Shown here: in pieces, positions 48,955 to 58,690 of the stretch | Layout of the letters: the number at the start of each line of letters is the position of its first letter | Numbering within the stretch: the first letter of the stretch is position 1 | Assembly (NCBI GenBank): GCA_965250285.1 | Contig: OZ252299.1 | Span: forward strand, 4,448,001 to 4,512,000 | Source: Myxococcota bacterium | GTDB lineage: Bacteria > Myxococcota_A > UBA9160 > UBA4427 | Direction: 5' to 3' | DNA length: 64,000 bases | Translations under genes and position numbers: made by a program | Notes under the pieces: generated by a model | Database searches by the model: none | What the model was told of the DNA's origin: nothing | What the model saw: only the letters and a program-made list of their open reading frames with translations

Positions 48955-49489
48955 GTTGTTCAGATTCCCGATCGTGGCGCTGGTTGCGGCGCTGGCGGGG
49001 ATCGCCGTGGCTTCGACGCCGAGCGTGGGTGATCTCGCACCCGACTTCTCACTCACCGGCTCCGACGGCAAGACCTACGCGCTCTCCGACTACCGCGGGA
49101 AGACCGCCATCGTGCTCGCGTGGTACCCCCAGGCGTTCACCAGCGGTTGCACGCTGGAGTGCAAGTCGCTCATCGAAGACGGCGCGCGCCTCCGCTCGTA
49201 CGGGGTGCCCTACTTCATGGTCAGCGTGGATCCGCCGGCCGAGAACACCCGCTTTGCGCGCTCCATGAAGGCCGACTTCCCGTTGCTCAGCGACCCGACC
49301 AAAGAAACAGCCCGTGCGTACGGCGTTCTCCACCAGGACCGCTTCGCACTGCGCACCAACTTCTACATCGGTGCGGATGGCAGGATTCTCCGGATCGAGC
49401 GCAACGTCGACCCGGCCACCGCCGCCGCTGACATCGCGCAGAACCTCGAGGAGCTGGGCTTCTCGGCGAAACCGCCACCCGGGTCATGA
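48935..49489 (+). CDS. Peroxiredoxin (BCP/AhpC-TSA family) with N-terminal signal
   Basis: [34 protein letters not shown] 6 nt before GTG 48935. Confidence 0.88.
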   Translation: MRSLGRMLFRFPIVALVAALAGIAVASTPSVGDLAPDFSLTGSDGKTYALSDYRGKTAIVLAWYPQAFTSGCTLECKSLIEDGARLRSYGVPYFMVSVDPPAENTRFARSMKADFPLLSDPTKETARAYGVLHQDRFALRTNFYIGADGRILRIERNVDPATAAADIAQNLEELGFSAKPPPGS

Positions 49490-49504
49490 GTACCGCGGCC
49501 TCAC

Positions 49505-49795
49505 TCAATCCGTCGTGACGTCCCGTCGGCCATCTTCGTCGAGCAGCGGGGGCGCGATCGACAGCGCGCGGTGGATCAACTCGACTCGGCTGGCGCAGCG
49601 CGTCTTGCGAAGGATCGCTTTGGTCTGAGCCCTGACCGTCTCGAGGCTCACTCCGCGCTGGTCGGCGATCTCCATGTTGCTCAACCCCTCGGCCATCGAT
49701 GCGCACACAGCGCTCTCCGCGGCCGTCAAGCCGTACACCCGATCGAGCCCGTGGGTCGAGATGACGTCACGGCGCTCGGGGTCGACGGCCATCAC
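49505..49795 (-). CDS. Stand-alone LuxR-type helix-turn-helix protein (possibly truncated)
   Basis: YGLTAAESAVC..MAEGLSNMEIADQRGVSLETVRAQTKAILRKT...RVEL; AAAGGAG upstream. Confidence 0.7.
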   Translation of the reverse strand: MMAVDPERRDVISTHGLDRVYGLTAAESAVCASMAEGLSNMEIADQRGVSLETVRAQTKAILRKTRCASRVELIHRALSIAPPLLDEDGRRDVTTD

Positions 49796-49985
49796 AGCTC
49801 CTTTCGGAGCGTTCAGCCTAGGGCGAGCTCGATTCGGATCGCATCACCCTGCAGGGTGAGAACGGTTTCGTTGCATGCGCACGGTCACGACTCGACCCGA
49901 AAGCGAACGCGCTCCAGTCGACACGCGTCAGCGCGGCTGCATGCTCTTCACCGAACGGACGAACTCGGCTCGTTGGCGGCGCGCC

Positions 49986-51035
49986 TCACCGCTTCTGCCC
50001 CACGCGCCAGGCCGTCACACCGCCCTGACCGTCGAGCGCGGCGAGTGCGCGTCCGTCCGGACGCCAGTACAGATCGCTGACGATGTCGGCCAGCAGTGCG
50101 CCCCCGATCGCATCCCCCTGCCCATCGGGCTTGAGCGACCACACGACCACGGTGCAGTCGCGGCCGCCCGAAGCCAGGGCCCTTCCGCGACACGCGAAGG
50201 TCAGGGTCGTGACGAGTTGATCATGGAGCTCGAGCACGCCCGGCTTCGTTCCTTCGGGTCCGTCCCCCTCGAAGGACCAGACGGAGATCGTCGGCCCACC
50301 GCCCGTCGCCAGCAGCGTGCCCGTATCGTCGAAGTCGAGCGCGGAGGGCTTGGCCGGATAGCCCGCCATCATCGAATCCTGCCCCGTCGAGCGGCGCCAG
50401 AAGTGGACCGTGCTGTCCTGACTGCCGCAGGCGACGACGTCGCCGTCGGGGCTGAGCGCCATCGAAACCAGCGAGCCCTTCCACTCGAGCTTCTGATTCA
50501 GCTCGCCGCTCGTTCCTTCGAAGAACGCGACCTGTCCGTAGCAGGTCGTTGCGAGCTCACCCGCGTCGGACCACGCGATCGCGCTGACGGTGCTGGGGTG
50601 GTCGTCCGACCGCCAGATCTCGGCGCCATCCGGTCCATACACGCAGACCTGCTTCGCACACGACGTCGCCAGAAACCGACCATCGGGAGACCACGACGCG
50701 TTCTCCACCCAGCCGCGGCCGACGTCGATCGTGTGCTCGACCTGCCCCTCGGCGACACCCCAGATCAGGGCTCGACCGTCCTGCCCGGCCGTGGCGAAGA
50801 CTCGGCCTTCTGGATGGACCGCCAATGCAAGGACGCCGCCCTCGTGCGTCCCCTTCTCCGGCCACGCTCTCTTGCCCGACTTGCCATCGAGCGCGTAAAC
50901 GCCCCCCGCAGCGTCCGCCACCACCAGCGCATCACCGCGTTCGCTCCAGCCACCGGCGATCGCGTAGTCGTCGACCTCGGCGGTCCAGCCGCTGCGAAGG
51001 ACACCGATCGTTTCGCCGACCTTCAGATCAGACAT
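49986..51035 (-). CDS. WD40 repeat protein
   Basis: Repeated ATAGQDGRALIW, WSPDGRFLA, ACGSQDSTVHFW, ASGGRDCTVVVW. Confidence 0.92.
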   Translation of the reverse strand: MSDLKVGETIGVLRSGWTAEVDDYAIAGGWSERGDALVVADAAGGVYALDGKSGKRAWPEKGTHEGGVLALAVHPEGRVFATAGQDGRALIWGVAEGQVEHTIDVGRGWVENASWSPDGRFLATSCAKQVCVYGPDGAEIWRSDDHPSTVSAIAWSDAGELATTCYGQVAFFEGTSGELNQKLEWKGSLVSMALSPDGDVVACGSQDSTVHFWRRSTGQDSMMAGYPAKPSALDFDDTGTLLATGGGPTISVWSFEGDGPEGTKPGVLELHDQLVTTLTFACRGRALASGGRDCTVVVWSLKPDGQGDAIGGALLADIVSDLYWRPDGRALAALDGQGGVTAWRVGQKR

Positions 51036-52369
51036 GCTTCGAAGCCCTCTCGCATGGCGTCCTCATCGAGGTTTCGGCCGATGAACACGAGCTGACTTCG
51101 CCTCGGCGCATCCCCCCATGGTCGATCCGGCTGACTATCGAAGATCATGTGGACACCCTGGAAGACGTAGCGATTCTCCTCGCCCTTGAGGCTGATGAAG
51201 CCCTTCATGCGAAAGATGTCGACACCGCGCTCTCGCAAGAGCTCACCGAGCCAGGCGTTGAGCTTCTCGGGATCGACGTCACCGTCCCGCTCGATCGAGA
51301 TCGAGCCGACCTCGTCGTCGTGCTCGTGTTGGGCCACCCACGTGCGCTCGGCCTCGAAATCGACCGCCTTGCCATCGGCGTCCAGCACCCTCAGATCGAA
51401 CTCTTCGGCCGTATGCTGGGCGAAGAGGCCGACGCGCGCCGCCCGATCGACCTCGAGCACGAACGACTTGCGCCCCTCGGCCTCGAGCTGCAGCTCGACA
51501 TGTTTGCCGATCGGGATCATCTCGCCGGGCTGGATCGACTCGGGCGGCTCGGCGTACTGCCGCACGCACCACTCGGCACCCTCACGCAGCGCCGCATCAT
51601 CGGTGCCCTGCTCTGGCGTGACGACGAGAGACATCGCCGGATCGGGCCCTTCGGCGAGGCTGAGCTCGTAGCGACCGGACGAGAGCGCATAGACGCCCGT
51701 CCACTCGAATGGATACTCGGGCTCGAGGAAGGTCGGACGACGCTCGAGCGCCGTATCGAGATCGAAGGCAGCGAGATTGAGAACCGTATCGACGGGGACG
51801 TTGCCCCGCTCGGTACGAACGACGCGGGCCATTCGGTTCATCTCGCGGAGCCGAGCCTCGACGACATCGAGCTTCTCGTCGTCGACGAGGTCGGTCTTGT
51901 TGAGCACGAGGACGTCGGCAAACGCGACCTGCTCGGTGCTCTCGTCGCTCCGGCCGAGCTGCTGGTCGATGTGCGCCGCATCGACGAGCGTGACGATCCC
52001 GTCGAGGGCGAACTCTTCGCCGATCTCCTCGTCCATGAAGAACGTCTGCGCGACCGGACCGGGATCGGCCAGCCCCGTGGTCTCGACGAGCACGTAGTCG
52101 AACTTGTCTCGGCGCTTCATCAGGTTGCCCAGCACACGAATCAGATCGCCGCGTACCGTGCAGCAGATGCAGCCGTTCGACATCTCGAAGATCTCTTCGT
52201 CGGCGTCGATGACGAGCGCTTGATCGATGCCGACCTCACCGAACTCGTTCTCGATCACGGCGATGCGCTTGCCGTGCTCTTCACTCAAGATGCGATTGAG
52301 CAGCGTCGTCTTGCCCGAGCCGAGGAAGCCCGTGAAAATGGTGACCGGGACTGCGCCAGGCGAATCCAT
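51023..52369 (-). CDS. COG0523/CobW family GTP-binding metallochaperone with internal insertion
   Basis: TGFLGSGKTT, ENEFGEVGID, GCICCTVRGD, ETTGLADP, FRMKG, FQGVH, VFIGRNLD. Confidence 0.92.
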   Translation of the reverse strand: MDSPGAVPVTIFTGFLGSGKTTLLNRILSEEHGKRIAVIENEFGEVGIDQALVIDADEEIFEMSNGCICCTVRGDLIRVLGNLMKRRDKFDYVLVETTGLADPGPVAQTFFMDEEIGEEFALDGIVTLVDAAHIDQQLGRSDESTEQVAFADVLVLNKTDLVDDEKLDVVEARLREMNRMARVVRTERGNVPVDTVLNLAAFDLDTALERRPTFLEPEYPFEWTGVYALSSGRYELSLAEGPDPAMSLVVTPEQGTDDAALREGAEWCVRQYAEPPESIQPGEMIPIGKHVELQLEAEGRKSFVLEVDRAARVGLFAQHTAEEFDLRVLDADGKAVDFEAERTWVAQHEHDDEVGSISIERDGDVDPEKLNAWLGELLRERGVDIFRMKGFISLKGEENRYVFQGVHMIFDSQPDRPWGDAPRRSQLVFIGRNLDEDAMREGFEACLI

Positions 52370-52687
52370 CTAGTTCTCCTTGGTGCCTGTGGTGAGTAAT
52401 GACAGAGCGGCGACGTCGACTTCGAATCCCCAGGCCTTGCAGACCTCCATGAGATCCTGGGGGCTCACATCGTCCGTGGGCTTATGCAGCTTGTGTTGAA
52501 GCTGAGGGCCGTCCGATCGAAGCAACCCGAACACGGTTTCGACCGGGGCGCAGTCTTCTTCGAGACAGGCCAGTTCGCTGACCGTGATCGTCGCGTCGTC
52601 ACGCAGATCGAGCGCGTCGCGCAACACCTGCTTGATGCGACGGACGGTATCGAGATTCGGCTTCGTCGATGAGCGGCCGATCAGCAT
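52370..52687 (-). CDS. Small conserved hypothetical protein (CxExxCxPxET motif)
   Basis: VSELACLEEDCAPVET; translationally coupled between the ECF gene and COG0523. Confidence 0.75.
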   Translation of the reverse strand: MLIGRSSTKPNLDTVRRIKQVLRDALDLRDDATITVSELACLEEDCAPVETVFGLLRSDGPQLQHKLHKPTDDVSPQDLMEVCKAWGFEVDVAALSLLTTGTKEN

Positions 52688-54039
52688 GCGACTTCTCCCT
52701 CTCGAGACACGGCGAGGCCGGCGTGCACGAGCCACCGGTTCGACAGACCCTCCGCGATCGGCCCGTCGAACACGATCCGCCCCTCGCGCAAGAGCACGAC
52801 GCGCGCTGCCTGGGGCGGCAGCGCGTGCAGATCGTGTGTGGCCCAGATGCAGGCGGCCCCGTTCCGGCGAACCGACTGTTCCACGAGCGTCCGGAGCTCG
52901 TCTGCGGCAACGGGATCGAGCCCCGAGGTCGGCTCGTCGAGGAGAAGCAACGACGGCTCGGTCACGAGGAGACCCGCGAGCGCAACCCGACGCTGTTCAC
53001 CGAAGCTCAGCTCGTGACACGGGCGTTCCCACAGATGATCGATGCGCAGCGCCGTCGCCATCTCGAGGGCGCGGTCGCGCGCTTGCTCGAGATCGACGCC
53101 CCGTCGAACCAGTCCCCACGTGATGTCTTCGTCGACCGTGCTCGCGATGAAATGATGCTCTGGGTTCTGGTCGAGCAGCGCGACGCGACCATCGAGTCGG
53201 GCGCCGAGCGCGGCACCGGGCTGCAGCGGAACGCCGAGACGATGCATCGCCCCGCCGGTCGGAGCATCGAGCCCAGCGAGCAAACGCAAGAGACTGGATT
53301 TGCCCGCTCCGCTCGGACCGCAGACGACCACCCACTCGGCCGGGTGCACGCGAAGGTCGAGCTGCTCGAGAACGCGCTTCCCACCGCGCTCGACGTCGAC
53401 CGCATCGAGACCGAAGCCGTCGGCGGCGTCGGCACCGATCCGCGCGCTGCTCCGCAGCAGCGCGTTCTCCTCCACGCGCTCGAGGCGGAGAAAGGACTGC
53501 AACGCACCCTCGCCGAGCAGCGAACCCCAGGATGTGAGGGGCAGCCCCGGGCGCCCCAGGCGCAGGCGCGCCGCATCGCGCCGCTGCGCCCATTCGCGCC
53601 GCGTGAGCACACCATGCAGGAGCGCGTGGTCGAGGGCCGCAACGACGCGCTCGGGCACACGCATCCGAAGCATGATCTGTCGAAGCGAGGCCCAGTCGAC
53701 CCGGGTTCCGAGCCAGAGAACCCAGACCACGCCGCACAGGACGCGAGCGCCGACCTCGACGGCACGACGTGTGTCGGAGCTGACGAGGACCCCGCTCAGC
53801 AGGACGAAGACCACGAGGATCATCGCCCATGCGAGGACCGGCTCGATCCGTCGTTGCCCGCGCGCGTACGCGACGCCGATCAGGACGGCGCCCACGCTCG
53901 CCCCGATCCCAGACACCACGGGATCACGCGCGCCCGCATTGACGACCAGCACGCAGAGAGTGAGTGCGAGGCTCGAGGCCGCGACCCACAGCGGTTGACG
54001 ACGTTCGAAGAACAGCGAGTGCTCAGCGCTGATGTGCAT
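52681..54039 (-). CDS. Fused ECF transporter T component (CbiQ-like) + ATPase (CbiO-like)
   Basis: N-terminal TMs with AARLR and ALLR coupling helices; GPSGAGKSS, QNPEH, LSFGEQRRVALAG, LLDEPTSGLDP, ATHD. Confidence 0.85.
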   Translation of the reverse strand: MHISAEHSLFFERRQPLWVAASSLALTLCVLVVNAGARDPVVSGIGASVGAVLIGVAYARGQRRIEPVLAWAMILVVFVLLSGVLVSSDTRRAVEVGARVLCGVVWVLWLGTRVDWASLRQIMLRMRVPERVVAALDHALLHGVLTRREWAQRRDAARLRLGRPGLPLTSWGSLLGEGALQSFLRLERVEENALLRSSARIGADAADGFGLDAVDVERGGKRVLEQLDLRVHPAEWVVVCGPSGAGKSSLLRLLAGLDAPTGGAMHRLGVPLQPGAALGARLDGRVALLDQNPEHHFIASTVDEDITWGLVRRGVDLEQARDRALEMATALRIDHLWERPCHELSFGEQRRVALAGLLVTEPSLLLLDEPTSGLDPVAADELRTLVEQSVRRNGAACIWATHDLHALPPQAARVVLLREGRIVFDGPIAEGLSNRWLVHAGLAVSREGEVAC

Positions 54040-54937
54040 CGCGCTGCCCTCCGAGCACACGCTCCCAGGCGCGGCCTGCCACGAAGCCGAGCCCGAAGAG
54101 GATGAGGATCGTCATCGCCAGCCCGAGCTCGCCCTGGCTGAGGTCGACGAGACTGCCCGTCGGTGGTCGCCCCGCCGTCTCGGCGATCGCACCGAAGACG
54201 GTGCCGTCGATGCCCTCGTAGCTGCAGCCCACCAGGCCGATCGAGAGCAACAGGACCATGGCCGATGCCCTGGCGAGCGGGGATTTGCGAAGCAGTCGCA
54301 GCGATTCGGGCAGAAGGTCGGGCCGACGCGCAACCAACAGGCGGACGATGCCGACCGAAGCGAAGGCCTCGAGCAGCGCCAACGGCACCTGCACGGGCGC
54401 AAAGCCGAGCAGCACTGCGGTGAAGGTGGTCGCGGGCGCCACCGCGCTCGAGAGTCCGAGCGCGAGCACCACGGCGTCGGCCATGTAGACGCTCAGATCG
54501 GCGAGGCCACATGCCAGGGCAACCCCGATGCCGTTCGAGACACCCAGCCGCTGCATCAGCGTCCACAGGCCAACCGCCGCCCACGGTCCCAATACGCCGA
54601 GTGTCAGGGTATTCACCCCGAGCGTGGTGAGCCCGCCGTGCGCGAAGAAGATCGCCTGCAGCACGAGTACGAAGAACGTCGGCCACACGATGTGACGGAC
54701 GCCCACGATCAGCGCGAGTACCGGCGTCAGGCAGATGTGACTGGTTGCACCGACGACCGGTACCGGGAGCGGCAGCAACGTGGCCGCGAACAGCAGACTC
54801 GTTGCACCCGCCATCGCGACCGGCGCTGGTGCCGTCTCTGCCTGTGCGCCCCGTATGCTCCAGGCGACGACGGGCGCGGCCGCGACGCTCCATCCAATGG
54901 CCTGACCGAGCGGAAGCACGCCTTCGGCTAGATGCAC
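54023..54937 (-). CDS. cbiM: ECF Co/Ni substrate component CbiM fused to a CbiN-like C-terminal domain
   Basis: GTG 54937 gives the canonical N-terminus MHLAEGVLP; GATSH, QAIFFAHGGLTTLGVN; extra TM-loop-TM tail (YEGID...GELGL). Confidence 0.85.
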   Translation of the reverse strand: MHLAEGVLPLGQAIGWSVAAAPVVAWSIRGAQAETAPAPVAMAGATSLLFAATLLPLPVPVVGATSHICLTPVLALIVGVRHIVWPTFFVLVLQAIFFAHGGLTTLGVNTLTLGVLGPWAAVGLWTLMQRLGVSNGIGVALACGLADLSVYMADAVVLALGLSSAVAPATTFTAVLLGFAPVQVPLALLEAFASVGIVRLLVARRPDLLPESLRLLRKSPLARASAMVLLLSIGLVGCSYEGIDGTVFGAIAETAGRPPTGSLVDLSQGELGLAMTILILFGLGFVAGRAWERVLGGQRDAHQR

Positions 54938-55834
54938 GAGCACTCTCCCAAGTGCGGGGACACCAGCCCCGCCATGCTCGACCGCAGGGGCGGGGGCCGT
55001 GCTGCTCGCGGAGTGAATCCGTGGACGGCCTCGAGGAAGAGCGAAACGCCGTCGAAGATATCACGCACGCTCTCGCCAGGACGCGGATCGTCGACGGGTT
55101 CGACCGATCTCCCCGGCGTGGTACCGGCGATTCGACGAGGCCCAGGGCCGGCCCACCGACACGCCGTGGATCGAACATCGAAGAGATGCCGATGGGGGCC
55201 ATCTTCGACCGAGGCGTGAAGATCGCGATACAGGTGGCATCGCTGCCAGCTCTCCTTCGGCTCGCGCGAGCTCCCCATCTCCCCGTATGAAGCGAAGACA
55301 CGGGGCGTGCGGGATGAGGCGCACTCGTCCAGGTTCGTCGGCGGTGCGAGCCGTCCCGTCGCAACGTCGGCTCGTCCGCCGGTCTCTGACTCGGCGCGCC
55401 GACCCCCCCGAGCGCGCGAGGGGCCCGCACGTCGACGATCTCCGCGGCGAATCACGCGCGCCTCCGATGGCTCGGGGAACGAGCGAAACACCTGGGCACC
55501 GTCGGCGCATCCGAAGGCGACGGCCTGCTGAGGGGCATGGAGCAACGGTGGCCTGCGAGTCAAACGAACGATGACGCGAATGAGAGGCGCGTGATGAGCA
55601 ACGGCGGAGCGCCACGACGACCGCGGCTCGACGCGGTGCCAGTGGACCCAGCGATCCCACGTCAATAGCGCCGGCCGGCTCGGTCGAGTTCCCCTCTGTC
55701 CGAAGAAAATCGACCGGGCCGATCTCACGGTTCGACACAGGGAGTGGGCCTGCGCACCTCATCCGACAGTGCGAGACTTCGGCGGGCTGTCACCCCGGGA
55801 CGCCGCGACGAGAATGAATGGACACGAGGTAGAC

Positions 55835-56272
55835 ATGAAGGACATCAAGGGCGTCTTCCGCAACCTCGAAAAGAAGCTGATGCAGTCGAGCTGGTTCGAT
55901 GACGACTGGGAGATCTACAACCGCGGCCCCTACCTGCAGCTCTACAAGGTGAACTGGCACAACGACAACCAGGGCGGCGTGCACTTCGAAACCTACATCG
56001 AGGCGCCGCAGATCAAGCAGAAGGAGTTCCCGATCTGCATGCATGCCGAAGAGGATTGTCCGTCGCAGCCCGAGTTCATCGAGACGTTCCTGGCCCTGGA
56101 GGGCGAGCGGATCGCGGGCTGGAAGGGGTATCAGACGATCGGCACGGGCTACAGCATCTGTGAGCGACGGCTCCCTCTGAACTTCAAGAACCTCGAGGGC
56201 CGGCTGGTCGAAGAGTTCAATCGCCTTCGGCAGCTCGAAGCCGGCATCGATCAGGTTCTGGGTCGACTCTAG
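55835..56272 (+). CDS. Hypothetical protein
   Basis: GAGGT RBS, strong GC3 codon bias, globular composition (LQLYKVNWHN...GVHFE). Confidence 0.75.
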   Translation: MKDIKGVFRNLEKKLMQSSWFDDDWEIYNRGPYLQLYKVNWHNDNQGGVHFETYIEAPQIKQKEFPICMHAEEDCPSQPEFIETFLALEGERIAGWKGYQTIGTGYSICERRLPLNFKNLEGRLVEEFNRLRQLEAGIDQVLGRL

Positions 56273-56319
56273 GTTCGGCGACCGCAGATCACCAAACGCC
56301 TTCGCTTCGGAGCAGGACC

Positions 56320-56508
56320 ATGAGCCGCGACAAGAATCCGTGCATCGACGTGTGCGAATTCTCTGGCCCGAAGGGGTGGTGTCTGGGGTGCGGGCGGACC
56401 CGAGAAGAAGCCCAGAAGTGGAAGTCGCTCAAGCCCTATGCGAGGAACATCCTGCTGAAGGAGCTCGAGAAGCGGCGGTCTCGCCTTCAGGCGCAGCAGT
56501 CCCGGTGA
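56320..56508 (+). CDS. DUF1289 family small Cys-rich protein
   Basis: PCIDVC...WCLGCGRTREE..KW; AGGA RBS. Confidence 0.85.
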   Translation: MSRDKNPCIDVCEFSGPKGWCLGCGRTREEAQKWKSLKPYARNILLKELEKRRSRLQAQQSR

Positions 56509-56596
56509 ACGCCCGGCTCGCCCGCTGGCGGCAGAAGCGACACCATCCAGCCATGCCCCCGACTCGACCGCCCTCTCATCGCGCAGGCGGCGGGCC

Positions 56597-58588
56597 TCAC
56601 TTCGCTGCAGCCGAACCGATCGGCGTGCGATCGCCTTCGATCTGGCCGAGGAACTCGTCGAGGCCGAGCTCGCCGAGCTGTTCACCCTCACCCGAGCGGA
56701 CGTTGATCGTGCGGGCCGCGGTTTCCTTCTCGCCCACCACGAGGGCGTACGGGATCTTCTGCAGGCTCGCCTCGCGGATCTTGTAGCCGACCCGATCGTC
56801 TCGAACGTTGACCTCGACCCGCAGGCCGGCGTCGAGCAGCTGCTCTTCGACCTCGCGCGCGTAGTCGTTGAAGCGCTCGCTCACGGGCAGCACCACCACT
56901 TGGACCGGCGCAAGCCACAGCGGGAACCGACCCGCGAAGTGCTCGATCAGGATGCCGAGAAACCGTTCGACGCTGCCGTAGCAGGCCCGGTGGATCATCA
57001 CCGGCACGTGCTTGTCGCCGTCGGCGCCGACGTAGCTCAGGCCGAACCGTTCCGGCATCGAGAAGTCGAGCTGGATGGTGCCGCACTGCCACGAGCGCTT
57101 GAGGACGTCGCGAATGTGAAAGTCGATCTTCGGGCCATAGAAGGCGCCATCACCGGCGTTGAGCTCGTAGTCCATGCCCGCGGCGTCGAGCGCCTCGCGC
57201 AGGGCATCCTCGGCCTGGTCCCAGATCTCATCGCTGCCGACGCGCTTCTCGGGCCGGGTCGAGAGCTCGACGCGTACGTCGTCGAGACCGAAGTAGCCGT
57301 ACACCTCCTGAAAGAACGCGATCAGCATGCCGATCTCGCCGGCGATCTGTTCGGGCGTACAGAAGTGATGGGCGTCGTCCTGGGTGAAGGCCTGCACGCG
57401 GAAGAGCCCATGACGAACCCCCGAGAGCTCGCGCCGGTGCACGAGCCCCATCTCCTGAAAACGCAGCGGGAACTCGTTGTGGCTGTGGTTCCGGTGCTTG
57501 TAGACCAGAACGTGTCCCGGGCAGTTCATGGGCTTCACCGCCATGGGGCGGTGCTCTTCGACGTTGTCGTGGATCTCGTCGGGATGCGCCTCATCGCGCA
57601 GCTTCAGCTTCGTGAAGAACATGTTCTCGAGGTAGTTGTCGTAGTGCCCCGACACGTGCCAGAGCCGTTCCGAGAGCACGAGCGGCGTCTTGAGCTCTTC
57701 GTACCCCCGGCGCGAGAGCAGACCGCGCATCGTATCCACGAGCGTCGTGAACAGCGTGGTGCCCTTCGGGTGGAAGAACGGGAAGCCCGGCGCCTCCTCC
57801 TCGAAGTGGAAGAGATCGAGCTGCTCGCCCAGCACCCGATGATCGCGCTTGCGCGCCTCCTCGAGCAGATGCAGGTGCTCCTTCAGGTCGTCCTTGCTGA
57901 AGAAGGCCGTGCCGTAGACCCGCACGAGCTGCTCGTTCTCGGCGTCGGCGCGCCAGTACGCACCCGAGACGCTCGTCAGCTTCACGTGCTTGAGCCATCC
58001 GGTGTGGGGGACGTGTGGGCCGCGGCAGAGGTCGACGAACTCGCCATGCCGGTAGAGCGTGATCTCCTCGCCCCGGGCCTCGATGTCGCCGACGATCTCG
58101 GCCTTGAATCGGTTGTGCCCTCCATCGATGGCGCGATAGCGCGCGAACGACTCGTCGGCCTCCTTGTCGCGCACCACACATCGCTCGAACGGCAGCGCCT
58201 GCTTGGCGAGGCTCGCCATCTCGGCCTCGATGGCGGCAAAGTCATCGGGGTGGATCGCGCCGTCGGGCAGATAGATGTCGTAGTAGAAGCCGTCTTCGAC
58301 CACGGGGCCGATGGTGAGCTGGGCCTCGGGATGGAGACGCAGGATCGCGTCGGCCATCAGATGGGCGGCCGAGTGCCGCAAGACCTCGAGGGCCTCGGGA
58401 TCCTTGCGGGTCAACAGCGCGACCTCTGCACCGTCGACCAGGGGCTGGGCGAGATCCTGAACCCGACCCTCCACCCGGGCCGCGACGGCGGCCTTGGCGA
58501 GTCCGGGCCCGATTTCGCGGGCGAGATCTGCAGCGCTGGCGCCGTCCGGCAGGACGCGCGCGCTGCCGTCGGGCAGCGTGACTTCCAT
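56597..58588 (-). CDS. thrS: Threonine--tRNA ligase
   Basis: TGS domain VTLPDGS, RHSAAHL, DLCRGPH, GAYWR, KPMNCPGH, FTQDDAH, GAFYGPKID, QCGTIQLDF, MIHRA, PLWLAPVQ. Confidence 0.97.
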   Translation of the reverse strand: MEVTLPDGSARVLPDGASAADLAREIGPGLAKAAVAARVEGRVQDLAQPLVDGAEVALLTRKDPEALEVLRHSAAHLMADAILRLHPEAQLTIGPVVEDGFYYDIYLPDGAIHPDDFAAIEAEMASLAKQALPFERCVVRDKEADESFARYRAIDGGHNRFKAEIVGDIEARGEEITLYRHGEFVDLCRGPHVPHTGWLKHVKLTSVSGAYWRADAENEQLVRVYGTAFFSKDDLKEHLHLLEEARKRDHRVLGEQLDLFHFEEEAPGFPFFHPKGTTLFTTLVDTMRGLLSRRGYEELKTPLVLSERLWHVSGHYDNYLENMFFTKLKLRDEAHPDEIHDNVEEHRPMAVKPMNCPGHVLVYKHRNHSHNEFPLRFQEMGLVHRRELSGVRHGLFRVQAFTQDDAHHFCTPEQIAGEIGMLIAFFQEVYGYFGLDDVRVELSTRPEKRVGSDEIWDQAEDALREALDAAGMDYELNAGDGAFYGPKIDFHIRDVLKRSWQCGTIQLDFSMPERFGLSYVGADGDKHVPVMIHRACYGSVERFLGILIEHFAGRFPLWLAPVQVVVLPVSERFNDYAREVEEQLLDAGLRVEVNVRDDRVGYKIREASLQKIPYALVVGEKETAARTINVRSGEGEQLGELGLDEFLGQIEGDRTPIGSAAAK

Positions 58589-58690
58589 CGGTTCGTCTCC
58601 CTGTCTTGCGGGACGGCTACGATCCGCCCTCGCGCGGCATCCGACGGCTACGACCCGCCGAATCCCTCGAAGACCGGAGCGTGGCTCATC

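Noticed and set aside
48935..49489. Selenocysteine in the peroxiredoxin
   Set aside because: The active-site codons are TGC (Cys); no in-frame TGA.
55500..55560. NiCo riboswitch candidate (CTCAGCAGGCC on the minus strand)
   Set aside because: The remaining conserved four-way-junction elements could not be found by eye.
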